NCBI GenBank assembly: GCA_021161835.1 | Contig: JAGGZV010000037.1 | Location: 21,806 to 85,805 of the forward strand | From: Thermotogota bacterium | GTDB lineage: Bacteria > Thermotogota > Thermotogae > UBA12178 | Direction: 5' to 3' | DNA: 64,000 nucleotides | Part shown: in pieces, positions 51,359-64,000 of the stretch | How positions within the stretch are numbered: position 1 is the stretch's first letter | How the letters are laid out: each line of letters starts with the position of its first letter | Position numbers and translations under genes: made by a program | The notes under the pieces: generated by a model | Told to the model about the DNA's origin: nothing | Databases searched by the model: none | The model's input: the letters and a program-made list of their open reading frames with translations, nothing else

Positions 51359-52630
51359 TCACTCCCAACCGAATAATTCCCTGAAGAAGTCCAGAATACT
51401 CGAACGCTTTTTCTTCCTGCGTTTCTCGGGGGTCGCCATCCCTGCTCTGGTTGGTACCGTGAGCGCACCTATAACCGCCGAGTAGGCGGAATTGTTGATC
51501 ACCTCATCTGGACCTTCTATGGGTATGTGAGACCCCGTGTTGGCAGTCCCGATTCTAACAAAACTCTTGAATACGTCAGTCGCCGTATCGGTCAATCCCG
51601 GTAATTTCGCACCACCACCTGTTATCACCACGCTGGTTGGCACCCCTTCGCTGTATACTCTGCTCAACGATGAAAAAGCCTCCAATGCCACCCTGCGTGC
51701 CTTGTTCAGTATCTCACGCGTCCTGGCATATATTATTATCGCCAATTCTCTCAAAGTTGTTGCCCTTCTGGTACGACCATCCAGTGCATAATATTCCACT
51801 ATCTCAGAAGGATCGGGAGGATTCATGGAAGCAAAACCCTTGCTCGTTATTATCCTTTCCGCCTCACTTATGGATGTATTCAAAACTCTCGAAACATCCT
51901 TTATTACGTACCTGAAACCTATGGGTACCGTTTCGTGAAAGACGGGGATGCTGTTGACAAATCCCAGAACGTTGACGAAGGAATGACCGAAATCCAAAAC
52001 GAATACCCCTCTTTCTCTTTCGGCTTCCGTTGTAACCACATAACCGGCAGCAAGTGAGGGCACCACAAATTCATTGTCTACTGCGGGAAGGAACTCCGAA
52101 ATCAACTGATTCATGGTGTTGAATCGGGAAGCTGAAACGGTGGCAGTGAAGGCCTCAACAGCAAGCTTTTTCGCCTCGAGTTCTAGAGGATTAACCACCA
52201 CCTTCACATCGTCTATGACGTACTGCATGGGAAAGATGTGCAACATAAGTGTGGGATCCGTTTCGAAGGCACTTTCTTTCCCCAGATTGTTTAAAAGCTC
52301 CTCCTGAATCTCCTGGGTTATTTCCACAGGGTTTTCCGAGTCCAGAACCACCTCTTTCGTATCCATGGACACGGCATAAGAAGAATCACTGAAACAGATT
52401 CGAACTTTCTGATAGAAGTCACGACCCATTTCGTCTTCGAGCTCCATTATGACAGATTCTATGCTTTCTCTAAGAGCCACCACATCCTTCAAACCGCTCC
52501 AATCCATTCCCCGTGTCCTCACCATGGCGTATGCAACAACTTCATATCTATCTGCTATCCTCTGCACTGCCAACCCCTTTATTCCGTAAGTCCCCAGGTC
52601 CAATACCAGGATGTTCTCCTTTTTAGGCAC
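51359..52630 (-). CDS. ftsA: Cell division protein FtsA
   Basis: LDLGT, LDFG, ITGGGAKL and a C-terminal amphipathic helix. Confidence 0.92.
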   Translation of the reverse strand: MPKKENILVLDLGTYGIKGLAVQRIADRYEVVAYAMVRTRGMDWSGLKDVVALRESIESVIMELEDEMGRDFYQKVRICFSDSSYAVSMDTKEVVLDSENPVEITQEIQEELLNNLGKESAFETDPTLMLHIFPMQYVIDDVKVVVNPLELEAKKLAVEAFTATVSASRFNTMNQLISEFLPAVDNEFVVPSLAAGYVVTTEAERERGVFVLDFGHSFVNVLGFVNSIPVFHETVPIGFRYVIKDVSRVLNTSISEAERIITSKGFASMNPPDPSEIVEYYALDGRTRRATTLRELAIIIYARTREILNKARRVALEAFSSLSRVYSEGVPTSVVITGGGAKLPGLTDTATDVFKSFVRIGTANTGSHIPIEGPDEVINNSAYSAVIGALTVPTRAGMATPEKRRKKKRSSILDFFRELFGWE

Positions 52631-52634
52631 CTTA

Positions 52635-55335
<2,701 letters not shown>

Positions 55336-55352
<17 letters not shown>

Positions 55353-56154
55353 CCTTCGAGAATATTTCTTTGCGCATCACATCCATCAGGATCTTCGTGA
55401 TCCCACCCACCGAGTCCTCTATCAATGTCCTCGTTTCCAGCCTTCTGACCGGAACTATTCCCGCACTCGTATGAGTGAGGAATATTTCATCACATTGAAA
55501 CAATTCTCTGACCTCCACCTTCCGTTCGGACACCGGTATTTCAAGTTCTCTGGCAAAATCCATTACTATTTTGCGCGTTATCCCCGGAAGTATACCTGAA
55601 TCCACATCAGGGGTGATGAGAGCACCACTCTTCACCAGGAATACATTGGAGAAGGTCCCCTCCGCAACACATCCATGTATGTTCAACATGATCACATCGT
55701 AATTGTCACCCTTGTGCTTTCTCGCAAGTATTATGTCGGGCCGTGAGAGAAACTTAACCTTGGGTGGACAGGATTCAACGGGCATTCTCCTGTATCTGGA
55801 TATGCCAACTTTGACACCTTCCTCATGTATATAATCAGGAATACTGAAGGGTTCAGCCCATATGTAAACACCGGGGTTAACATCCAGTGTGAGAATTATC
55901 CGGAATCTGATCTCTTCATTCCTGGATTTGGGTACCTTCCCCATCCCCTCCTTTAGAATATCCCTCAATTCATCCACGTTAAAAGGTAGAGATATACCCA
56001 CCTCGTGTGCAGACTCCATTAAACGCTCGTAATGCATTGTAAGAGCAAAAATATTGCCATTCCACGTACGAACAGTTTCAAATATCGCCTCGCCTCTCAA
56101 CAGACCATCGTACTTATCCCGCTCAACCCACTTTCCATCCTGATATAGGTACAC
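55336..56154 (-). CDS. Class IV PLP aminotransferase (IlvE/PabC-like)
   Basis: GEAIFETVR, HYERL, AEGTFSNVF, ILPGITR and DEIFLT. Confidence 0.88.
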
Positions 56155-57430
56155 TCGAGAGTGTCGCCTCCTCTCCTCTCATAACAGATACGGCGAAACA
56201 TTCCACGAATTCTCCTTCTTCTCTGCTTCCATTCAGTACATTGTGGATGTAGTATTCATCGTAACCACTGGATAAACCATTGGATACCTTTTCCACCAGC
56301 ACCCGACGTTTAACACCATCGTGCTTCAGCAGGTACTCATGCATCGCCACCAGGGAAATTTCTTTCAGATGCCTGGCACGCTCTTTCTTCACCGCTCCGG
56401 ATATTTGCGGTCGCATATCACAGGCCGGGGTTCCCCTGCGTGGCGAAAACCGGAACACGTGCACCCTAACCGGTTTGACTCTCCTCACCAGTTCCACGCT
56501 CTCCAGGAAATCGCTCTCACTTTCACCCGGAAAACCCACCATTATATCGAAGCTGAAAGAATACAGCGGATCGAATTTCCTCAGCCTTTCGAATATTTCC
56601 CAGAACCTTTCCACCCTGTAGCGCCTTCTCATGAGAGACAAAACGCTGTTGGAAGCGCTTTGCAGCGATATATGGAGATGCCTGCAAAACCTTTTTTCAC
56701 GTATCACATCCAGTAGTTCCTCATCTATATCGTCTGGATTCAACGAACTCAACCGCACGCGGAAATCCCCTTCCATCTTTTCGACCACTTTCAAGAGATC
56801 AGAGAGCTTCAATCCCATATCCACTCCATATCTTCCCAAATTGACCCCCACAATCACTATTTCCCTATGCCCGGAATCCACCAATTTCCTGATCTCTTCT
56901 ATCACCAATCCTACGGGCTTACTACGTACTCTGTTCCCTCTGGCCAGCCTGACAGCACAATATGTGCAATATCCATCACACCCATCTTCCACCTTTACCA
57001 TGCCTCTCGTCCTGTTTCTCAATCTCTTCAGAAGACTCTCTCGCACAAAATCCTCACAGCTTAAATCTTTCTCGAATTTTATACCTTCGAATGGAACAGC
57101 ATTCAACAATTCCACGATCTTCCTCTTTAAGGAGTTACCAGCCAGCAAATTGATCTCCACATCTTCCAGTTCCTGAGGATCGAAATCTACTGCACATCCT
57201 ACAACCATCAGACGGGCATCGGGATTCTCCCTTCGTACATGCCTGATCTTCTGTTTCAACTTTCTGATGGCCTCACCGGTCACAGCACAGGAATTGAAAA
57301 CAACAACATCAGCTTCACACGGTTTAACCACCGTGTGACCAGCATTCTCTACCAGCTGCTTCATCAATTCCTCCTCATACTGATTCACCTTGCAACCGAA
57401 TGTCACAAAAGAGACCTTCATACTTCCCAT
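56123..57430 (-). CDS. mtaB: tRNA methylthiotransferase, MtaB-like
   Basis: TFGCKVNQYE, NSCAVT, CDGYCTYC and HVFRFSPRRGT. Confidence 0.88.
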   Translation of the reverse strand: MGSMKVSFVTFGCKVNQYEEELMKQLVENAGHTVVKPCEADVVVFNSCAVTGEAIRKLKQKIRHVRRENPDARLMVVGCAVDFDPQELEDVEINLLAGNSLKRKIVELLNAVPFEGIKFEKDLSCEDFVRESLLKRLRNRTRGMVKVEDGCDGYCTYCAVRLARGNRVRSKPVGLVIEEIRKLVDSGHREIVIVGVNLGRYGVDMGLKLSDLLKVVEKMEGDFRVRLSSLNPDDIDEELLDVIREKRFCRHLHISLQSASNSVLSLMRRRYRVERFWEIFERLRKFDPLYSFSFDIMVGFPGESESDFLESVELVRRVKPVRVHVFRFSPRRGTPACDMRPQISGAVKKERARHLKEISLVAMHEYLLKHDGVKRRVLVEKVSNGLSSGYDEYYIHNVLNGSREEGEFVECFAVSVMRGEEATLSSVPISGWKVG

Positions 57431-57870
57431 CTCTTTTCCATGGCACCTCTAAGTATCTGCATACGCGTCACGAAACCCACCAGTCTCCCATAAGAATCTA
57501 CAACAGGAATCGATTTCATTCGGCGCCTTATAAGCAGATCAGCAGCGTGCATGAGAGAGTCGTCTTCCCTCACCGTTATAGGTGGGGTCGACATGAACTC
57601 GGATACTTTTCTATCCTTTATTCTGGCAAACCTGGAGACTAGTTGATGAGTATCGGGCAAGAATGATGTAGACTGAAGCAACGAAAAATAGCTTGGAACA
57701 GTAGCGTTTATTATATCACTCTCGCTTATAAAACCTATGACCACCATATCTTCATCAACTACCGGCAACCCTGATCGCAATTGTTTTGCGCACATGATCA
57801 CGAAATTTTCCACCGTCTCGTCCTCGAACACGGCGGATATATCCCTTATTATCACATCACGAACCTTCAC
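57418..57870 (-). CDS. Stand-alone CBS-pair protein
   Basis: Two CBS motifs (SGLPVVD, SIPVVD). Confidence 0.85.
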   Translation of the reverse strand: MKVRDVIIRDISAVFEDETVENFVIMCAKQLRSGLPVVDEDMVVIGFISESDIINATVPSYFSLLQSTSFLPDTHQLVSRFARIKDRKVSEFMSTPPITVREDDSLMHAADLLIRRRMKSIPVVDSYGRLVGFVTRMQILRGAMEKRWEV

Positions 57871-57882
57871 GTTACCACCCCA

Positions 57883-58869
57883 TCATTCGATTCTTTCTAT
57901 ATCGAAGGATTGAAGTTCTCTCTCCATGTCTTCAATGGATAATTCCGACTTTCGTAAATGTCGTATTTCGGCAATCGCGGCTGCCATCCCATATTTCAAC
58001 ACCTCGTAATATGAAAGGCCCTTCAACACCGCATACACCATTCCCGCAACAAAGGCATCACCTGTTCCAAGAAGGTGTGAAACCTCAACATGATCTTTTA
58101 TGGTGAACTTCCACACTCCCTCTTCTGTAGCCACAACATCGCTCACTATCTTATACGATAGAACTACGGCCTTCGCTCCCAGCCGTCTTATCTCCTTGGC
58201 CAGTTCGACGTAATCCTGTAACTCTTTCAACTCATGCCCCAACACACGCTTTTCTCTTCGAAGATCTGCTCTCACCACCTGAGGACAATCCTCCTGCAGA
58301 ACCCTGTCGAAAAATGGTCCTATACTTTCCATGAAAACTACTTTTCCTTTGGATTTGGCTGCTCCCACCAGTTTCAAGCAATAGCCCTCATCCACACCTG
58401 GGGGAGCACTCCCCGAAATCACCACCATTTCAACACGTGGGAGTGTCATAAGGTATCGTCTGTAAAATATCTCCAATTCCCTTTCACTCACCAGCGGACC
58501 AGGGGAGTTTATTTCCGTTATGGTGTCGTTCATGGGATCGATAACCGTAATATTTTCCCGCGTTTCACCATCCGTGTAAACGAAGTTCAAAGTTATATCG
58601 GGATGTAACCTCCGCAACTCCTCTTCTACTATTCGCCCCACATAACCCGCCAGTATTCCCATCGCAACGTTGGATATTCCCATGGAATCCAGAATCATGG
58701 AAACGTTTATACCCTTGCCACCTGGTGTCATCACCGAATCCGATGGATTCCTCAACCTGTGAAGGCTGTTGATCGTGAAATTGGGAAGGATCAATTCTCG
58801 ATCCAAAGCAGGATTAAGGGTTACCGTAAGCACCCTCATGAACGTCTTCACTCCCTTTACTAGTTTCAC
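57883..58869 (-). CDS. 1-phosphofructokinase family (PfkB) hexose kinase
   Basis: TVTLNPALD, GGKGINVS and GTGDAF; the likely start is MRVLTV. Confidence 0.88.
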   Translation of the reverse strand: MKLVKGVKTFMRVLTVTLNPALDRELILPNFTINSLHRLRNPSDSVMTPGGKGINVSMILDSMGISNVAMGILAGYVGRIVEEELRRLHPDITLNFVYTDGETRENITVIDPMNDTITEINSPGPLVSERELEIFYRRYLMTLPRVEMVVISGSAPPGVDEGYCLKLVGAAKSKGKVVFMESIGPFFDRVLQEDCPQVVRADLRREKRVLGHELKELQDYVELAKEIRRLGAKAVVLSYKIVSDVVATEEGVWKFTIKDHVEVSHLLGTGDAFVAGMVYAVLKGLSYYEVLKYGMAAAIAEIRHLRKSELSIEDMERELQSFDIERIE

Positions 58870-59567
58870 AACATCACATATTTCACGGGATCGCCATCAA
58901 AAACAATTTTACCATTTTCAAAAATTATGATCAAATCGGCAAGCGGAAGAAATCTGCGTATGGTCTTCGTACCGATCACGAGGACTCTTTCGTCCTTGAA
59001 CCGTTCCAGAATACCTGCGAACCTCTCGAAAGCCTTCTCACCCAATCCATCTAGAATCTCGTTCACGGCCACCAGACTGCGGGATCTCACAAAACCGGTA
59101 AGGATCATCAGAAGTATTACATCATCCAGAGGGAAGGATTTAAGAAGACAGAAGGGATGTTCAAATAGATATGTGAGTTCCATGAGCGCCACGATCTCGA
59201 AATACTCGGACAGAAAGTCCCTCGCCTCTTTCCTGAATATCAGCTTTATCAAATCCCCAGGAGTAAGCATCTCCGAGGATTTGAGGATATTCCTATCCAT
59301 CACCACTATATCAGGCGTTGAAACACCCGCTTTTTCACTTTCACGTCTCTCAAAAATAATTTGCCCTTTGAAATGTACATGTGGAGAGGGAAAGCCATTC
59401 ATGGACCTGAAGATATCGAAGAAAGCTTCCCGTTCTGCATGTGTTGATGCACCAACAATAGTAACACAACCCTCTTGAATCTCACAGTTCAGAGATTCAA
59501 GAATCACCCGCCTATTGAAAAGCACACTAACATCATTCAGCTTTATCAGATTTTTCCGGTTCCTCAC
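58866..59567 (-). CDS. Degenerate ABC-ATPase-fold protein
   Basis: ABC-like termini (IKLNDVSV..ILESLN; ADLIIIFENGKIVFDG) with the Walker motifs eroded. Confidence 0.65.
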   Translation of the reverse strand: MRNRKNLIKLNDVSVLFNRRVILESLNCEIQEGCVTIVGASTHAEREAFFDIFRSMNGFPSPHVHFKGQIIFERRESEKAGVSTPDIVVMDRNILKSSEMLTPGDLIKLIFRKEARDFLSEYFEIVALMELTYLFEHPFCLLKSFPLDDVILLMILTGFVRSRSLVAVNEILDGLGEKAFERFAGILERFKDERVLVIGTKTIRRFLPLADLIIIFENGKIVFDGDPVKYVML

Positions 59568-59784
59568 GAATCACTCCCTTCTCTTCCAGCTCACCCTTCT
59601 CACCTTCACCTTCTATGAACCGTAATCTCTTTATTATTTCATTTTCCGCCTTTTTATCTCCACTCCTTAGTTTCTTCAGAAGCTCTATTTGTGACGCTAT
59701 GCGCATGTTCCATGGTGAATACTTCTCCTCCTTCAAAAATTTTCCCCCTTTCCCTTTGATTGCATGTAAATTATCCCCTCTCAT
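59533..59784 (-). CDS. Small charged hypothetical protein
   Basis: 83-aa ORF heading the minus-strand gene run and overlapping the next gene; start uncertain. Confidence 0.45.
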   Translation of the reverse strand: MRGDNLHAIKGKGGKFLKEEKYSPWNMRIASQIELLKKLRSGDKKAENEIIKRLRFIEGEGEKGELEEKGVIREEPEKSDKAE

Positions 59785-59950
59785 TATTAATACCCCTTTA
59801 GATGTGTTTTTCGTTTATGCATCTTCTAGATGACATCAAGCGAGCGACTGGAACATCGATGTATAATATGAGTGAGTTCCAGAAATCGGTACGTCATCCT
59901 GAAGAATACAATTCACACCTATCATTATTCATTCCACGGACGTCGCAAAA

Positions 59951-61135
59951 TTGTCCGTATTTATTTCTCATGCTTTGAACACCGGGTTCAGGGATGAAGA
60001 CGTTTACATAACGGGACTATGTCACGATATAGGGTTTTTAATATATGGAGAATCGTTCAGATATCCTGAATTCATTCAGAATTTAGAGTATCATGTATCG
60101 AGCGAAGGTGTTCTTTCTTTCGACATATTCTACACTGTGGATAGATTCGACAGGAATTGCCAGCATGTTTTGATATCCTCGAAGATTCTGGAATACATGG
60201 GCATAGTACCAGCGTACTGCTCACGTGCCATCCTTTACCATCACAGCACAACCTTTCCGGCTCACGAAGACGAAAAAACAGTATTGATGGCCAACATAAT
60301 AAGGCTCGCCGATCATATATCCGGAACGATCAGATCGGCCAGAAAACTTGAAGAAGCGGTGGAACAGGTGAGAATTAGTGTTGAAAAAGAGGACTTCCCA
60401 CCGGCACTTCTAAAAACAGGCAAAGATCTCGTGAACGATCCAATAATCTTTTCAAGCGTTTTCAACGAAGAAAGTGGAGTGGACAAATTCATGGAAAGCA
60501 TGCTGGTTGATGTGAAAACTTTCACCAGAACAGCGCAGATCATCTCGCTAATGCTCGATTACAGGAGTGTCTACACTCGTAAACACTCACTGGGCGTAGC
60601 AAAACTCAGTGAAAATCTTGCACGAGAGTTACTCACAGAAACCGACGCTGTTTTAATGTATTTATCCGGCATCATGCATGACTTTGGCAAGATAAGAACC
60701 CCCCTTCACATTCTCCATAAACCGGGAGCTCTATCTCCTGGAGAAATGTTTGTCATGAAGCTCCACGTTGTCGATGCCATGAAACTCCTTACTTCACCAC
60801 GACTGACCTTTCCCCTTCGAATGGCCGTGATGCATCATGAACGACTGGATGGAAGTGGTTACCCCAAAGGTTTGAAGGCAAAGGATATACCCTTCCAGGC
60901 AAGGATACTTCAAGTGGCTGACGTTTACACGGCGCTGGCAGAAGATAGACCCTATAGAAAAAGTCTTGAACCCACCCGGGCATTGAAGATCGTTGAAAAC
61001 ATGGTCCGAGCGAACCAGCTGGATGGTATCATCTACGAAAAGCTACGAGAATTCGTGAAAAACGGTTATCACCTCACCGGTTACGAAGATCTGATCGAGA
61101 TGATAACTCAAAAATACACATATGATGGAGTATAA
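59951..61135 (+). CDS. Tandem HD / HD-GYP phosphodiesterase, 5' end irregular
   Basis: LCHDIG..HH, then HSLGVA, MHDFGK, HHERLDGSGYP and RPYR. Confidence 0.85.
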   Translation: MSVFISHALNTGFRDEDVYITGLCHDIGFLIYGESFRYPEFIQNLEYHVSSEGVLSFDIFYTVDRFDRNCQHVLISSKILEYMGIVPAYCSRAILYHHSTTFPAHEDEKTVLMANIIRLADHISGTIRSARKLEEAVEQVRISVEKEDFPPALLKTGKDLVNDPIIFSSVFNEESGVDKFMESMLVDVKTFTRTAQIISLMLDYRSVYTRKHSLGVAKLSENLARELLTETDAVLMYLSGIMHDFGKIRTPLHILHKPGALSPGEMFVMKLHVVDAMKLLTSPRLTFPLRMAVMHHERLDGSGYPKGLKAKDIPFQARILQVADVYTALAEDRPYRKSLEPTRALKIVENMVRANQLDGIIYEKLREFVKNGYHLTGYEDLIEMITQKYTYDGV

Positions 61136-61185
61136 TTTCCCTGGTAAAACCCGGAAAGTCTAATTCATTGGAATGGGGGCAAACC

Positions 61186-61386
61186 ATGAAAATTGTAAAG
61201 TCCTGGGTTTTACAAATATTCATTGTGTCAGTGATTACAGCTCTTACGGTGAGCTGTTTGAAAGCCGTATTTTCTGACATCTATGGTGTAAAGATTCCGA
61301 ACATTACCCCGGCAGTTACAGCGGCTGTGACCGCCGCCTTTGTAGTGAGCAACAGAAAAAAGCACCCATCCAACAGTAAGGTTTGA
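61186..61386 (+). CDS. Small two-TM hypothetical protein
   Basis: GGGGG SD-like site, ATG at 61186 and two hydrophobic helices. Confidence 0.5.
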   Translation: MKIVKSWVLQIFIVSVITALTVSCLKAVFSDIYGVKIPNITPAVTAAVTAAFVVSNRKKHPSNSKV

Positions 61387-61392
61387 AAGCAG

Positions 61393-62205
61393 GTGAAAAT
61401 GGCAGTGAAAATCGAAAAATTGACCGAAATCGCCAGGAATGCCGGAAAAATAGTTCTCAAATTCTACAGGCAGGTCACGGAATACGGAGCGAAGATGAGT
61501 GAAGCTGACATAGTAACGGAAGCAGATATGGAATCTCAAAAGTACATTGTTGAGAGTCTGAACAGGTGCTTCCCCGAGATTCCTGTACTTGCAGAAGAAG
61601 GATTGACATCCAGAAACGGTGAACGTTACTTTGTGGTGGATCCACTCGATGGAACCCTCAATTTTTTTCATGGCCTTCCCTTCTTCTCCATCTCCATAGC
61701 GTATGTAGATGAGAAGGGACCGTGTATGGGGGTGGTGCATGCGCCATCCACTAACGAAACCTTCTTCGCTGTGCGTGGTGAAGGTTCATACGATCACACA
61801 GGAAAAAGGCTGCGTGTATCCACCACGGCGGAATTGAAGCAGTGCCTGGCCGTAACCGGATGGCCCTACGACGAGCTCCTTCAACCATGGACACAGCGTA
61901 CGGTGAACCACTTCCAGGAGCTGGTTCAGGAAGTGAGAATATTGGGTTCCGCTGCTCTGGAAATGGCATATCTCGCAGCAGGACACATCGACCTTTACTG
62001 GGAGGTTGGACTGTACCCCTGGGATTTGGCTGCGGGCTATCTCCTCGTAGAAGAAGCAGGAGGCAAGGTGAGCGATGTCAACGGCGAGAATTTCTCGTTA
62101 TCCACCGGAAGGGTGGCAGCATCGAATGGTATTCTGCACGAGGAATTGATAGGAAACCTCATGAAATGTGGTGAACTTCGAGAAGAAGGGAGGTATGAAC
62201 CATGA
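61393..62205 (+). CDS. suhB: Inositol monophosphatase family protein
   Basis: VTEAD, AEE, DPLDGT and WDLAAG. Confidence 0.9.
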   Translation: MKMAVKIEKLTEIARNAGKIVLKFYRQVTEYGAKMSEADIVTEADMESQKYIVESLNRCFPEIPVLAEEGLTSRNGERYFVVDPLDGTLNFFHGLPFFSISIAYVDEKGPCMGVVHAPSTNETFFAVRGEGSYDHTGKRLRVSTTAELKQCLAVTGWPYDELLQPWTQRTVNHFQELVQEVRILGSAALEMAYLAAGHIDLYWEVGLYPWDLAAGYLLVEEAGGKVSDVNGENFSLSTGRVAASNGILHEELIGNLMKCGELREEGRYEP

Positions 62206-62423
62206 AAACATTCCTGGCCATACTGGGTGTCATATTTCTCATATATCTGGCGTTCAAACACTTCCCTCTGGTGATAGGCATCATAACTCTTTTCATGGCG
62301 GGCGTAGTTCTCACTCTAATATTCCTGGGGTTGTTCACAATAGCCCTTCCCCTATTGTTGTTGGGATTGCTGGCCGCACTGGTAGGATGGCTGGTCAAAA
62401 GGTTGAAGGGTGAGAACGTTTGA
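62202..62423 (+). CDS. Small hydrophobic membrane protein
   Basis: SD GGAGGT, ATGA overlap with suhB, 73 aa and almost wholly hydrophobic. Confidence 0.7.
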   Translation: MKTFLAILGVIFLIYLAFKHFPLVIGIITLFMAGVVLTLIFLGLFTIALPLLLLGLLAALVGWLVKRLKGENV

Positions 62424-62679
62424 AATGAGATTGGACAGGTTTCTGAAACAAGCGGGGGTTATAAAAAGGCGAACCATGGCTAAAAATATGGCAGAGGCTG
62501 GTAAGATCCTCAAAGATGGGGCACCACTCAAACCTGCATACCAGGTGAAACCCGGCGATATTATAGACGTTGTCTTCTATTCCCGTACCGTCAGGATAAA
62601 GGTGATCGACGATAAAAGTGTGGAGGTAATAAACGTGATCAAAAACATCGACAAAAGTGAAGGGAGGGGACATTCGTGA
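62410..62679 (+). CDS. S4-domain RNA-binding protein (YabO/RqcP/Hsp15-like)
   Basis: MRLDRFLK...IKRRT.AK and KPAYQVKPGD. Confidence 0.85.
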   Translation: MRTFEMRLDRFLKQAGVIKRRTMAKNMAEAGKILKDGAPLKPAYQVKPGDIIDVVFYSRTVRIKVIDDKSVEVINVIKNIDKSEGRGHS

Positions 62680-63890
62680 ATGTGGCCGAAATCGTCCGCA
62701 GATACGAAAGGGAGATGGTTGATACTCTTAAAAACCTTGTACGTATGAACAGTGTGAACCCATCTTCCGGAGGTCCGGGAGAACTCAAAAAAGCCCTTTA
62801 TTTACAGAAAAAACTGGAAGAATGGAACCTTCCATTTGAGAGATACGATTCCCCTGACCCACGTGCTGAGGGGAATGTGCGCCCCAACATAGTGGTGAAA
62901 GTAAAAGGTGAAGACAGCTCTCGAACTCTGTGGTTTGTGACACACCTGGATGTGGTACCGGAAGGCGACAAAAATCTCTGGGATATCGATCCCTTTGAAC
63001 CCGTAGAAAGAGACGGGAAAATATACGGAAGAGGGGCAGAAGACAACTGCGGTTCACTAGTTTCAACATTGTACGCTCTCAAGGCTGTCCTCGATATGGG
63101 ATCATACCCTCCACAGAACGTGGGATTGGTCTTTGTCGCAGATGAAGAAGCGGGAAGTAAACACGGCATCGATTTTCTAATAAAACAGGGGATATTCGGT
63201 GAACAGGACGAGTTCGTTGTACCAGATGGAGGAACACCAGAAGGTGATTTCATAGAAATCGCAGAAAAATCCATCCTGTGGTTGAAGTTCGAGGTTCTGG
63301 GCAAGCAGACCCATGCATCCAGACCTGGCATGGGATTGAACGCGGCCCGGGTAGCTATGAAACTAATGACGGAAATAGATGAAACCTTGCATCAGAAGTT
63401 CAATATGGAAAATGATCTATTTCTGCCACCATCGAGCACTTTCGAACCCACTAAGAGAGAACCAAATGTGGACAACGTGAATACCGTACCGGGACGAGAT
63501 GTGTCGTATCTGGATTGTCGTGTACTGCCATCCATACCACTGGATACCGTACTCAACACCATCGAACAGATCATAAAAAAATACGAAGAAGAAACGGGTG
63601 CACGCGTCAATCTTGAGATAGTACAGAGGGTAGACGCCCCCGCTCCCACACCCAAAGATTCCCCCCTGGTTTCGAAATTGGTGAGGAGTCTGAAAAAACA
63701 TAGAAACATCGACCCTATCATAGGTGGTATAGGTGGTGGCACATGTGCAGCCTTTTTCAGACGCGAGGGCTGGCACGCCGTTGTGTGGTCCACAATAGAT
63801 GAAACAGCGCATCAGGCTAATGAATACAAGAGAATAGATCACATGGTTGATGACGCCGTAATCTTCGCGGAAATGATGCTATCTCCCTGA
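62676..63890 (+). CDS. M20 family metallohydrolase (DapE/ArgE-like)
   Basis: HLDVVP, GRGAEDN, ADEE, GGGT and AHQANE. Confidence 0.9.
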   Translation: MNVAEIVRRYEREMVDTLKNLVRMNSVNPSSGGPGELKKALYLQKKLEEWNLPFERYDSPDPRAEGNVRPNIVVKVKGEDSSRTLWFVTHLDVVPEGDKNLWDIDPFEPVERDGKIYGRGAEDNCGSLVSTLYALKAVLDMGSYPPQNVGLVFVADEEAGSKHGIDFLIKQGIFGEQDEFVVPDGGTPEGDFIEIAEKSILWLKFEVLGKQTHASRPGMGLNAARVAMKLMTEIDETLHQKFNMENDLFLPPSSTFEPTKREPNVDNVNTVPGRDVSYLDCRVLPSIPLDTVLNTIEQIIKKYEEETGARVNLEIVQRVDAPAPTPKDSPLVSKLVRSLKKHRNIDPIIGGIGGGTCAAFFRREGWHAVVWSTIDETAHQANEYKRIDHMVDDAVIFAEMMLSP

Positions 63891-64000
63891 ACCGTCAGCA
63901 AGAAGGTCATTCCAGACTCTCGCCACGAAAAACACAAAGAACGTAAGAATCAGGGCGATGATTCCAAAAATAAAATAAGTCGATGAAACTCCCAATCTCT
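63879..64000 (-). CDS. 3' end of a membrane protein, possibly an MFS transporter
   Basis: Manual translation ...RLGVSSTYFIFGIIALILTFFVFFVARVWNDLLADGSGR*. Confidence 0.5.
   Translation of the reverse strand, partial: RLGVSSTYFIFGIIALILTFFVFFVARVWNDLLADGSGR

Overview
This is a gene-dense, mostly housekeeping window from a bacterium that is most likely a member of the Thermotogota. That assignment is inferred from gene content and order (glg-rnf, dciA-gyrB-ftsA-ftsZ-pilB, three tandem M42 peptidases beside minC, a short DnaE, BamA), not from a marker gene. It holds about 62 CDSs and one tRNA-Pro(GGG); I found no mobile element, rRNA or CRISPR array. The standout is the 267-nt region upstream of glutamine synthetase (glnA). 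It contains an uncalled 30-aa leader ORF (MRKIWKAYNCYSISANAANNNWPGSACSMP) with its own Shine-Dalgarno (SD) site and five Asn codons, three in tandem. This is followed by overlapping 1:2 protector, 2:3 antiterminator and 3:4 terminator helices, the layout of a trp-style ribosome-stalling attenuator. It plausibly reads glutamine/nitrogen status indirectly through Asn-tRNA supply. Secondary findings: a LipS2-like radical SAM gene inside the glg-rnf operon, an AroB-fold and an ABC-ATPase-fold protein that both appear catalytically degenerate, a RecJ with a long C-terminal extension, a c-di-GMP/BamA gene run, a probably frameshifted tandem HD-GYP gene, and a 15-nt-period repeat shared by two ion-transporter promoters.
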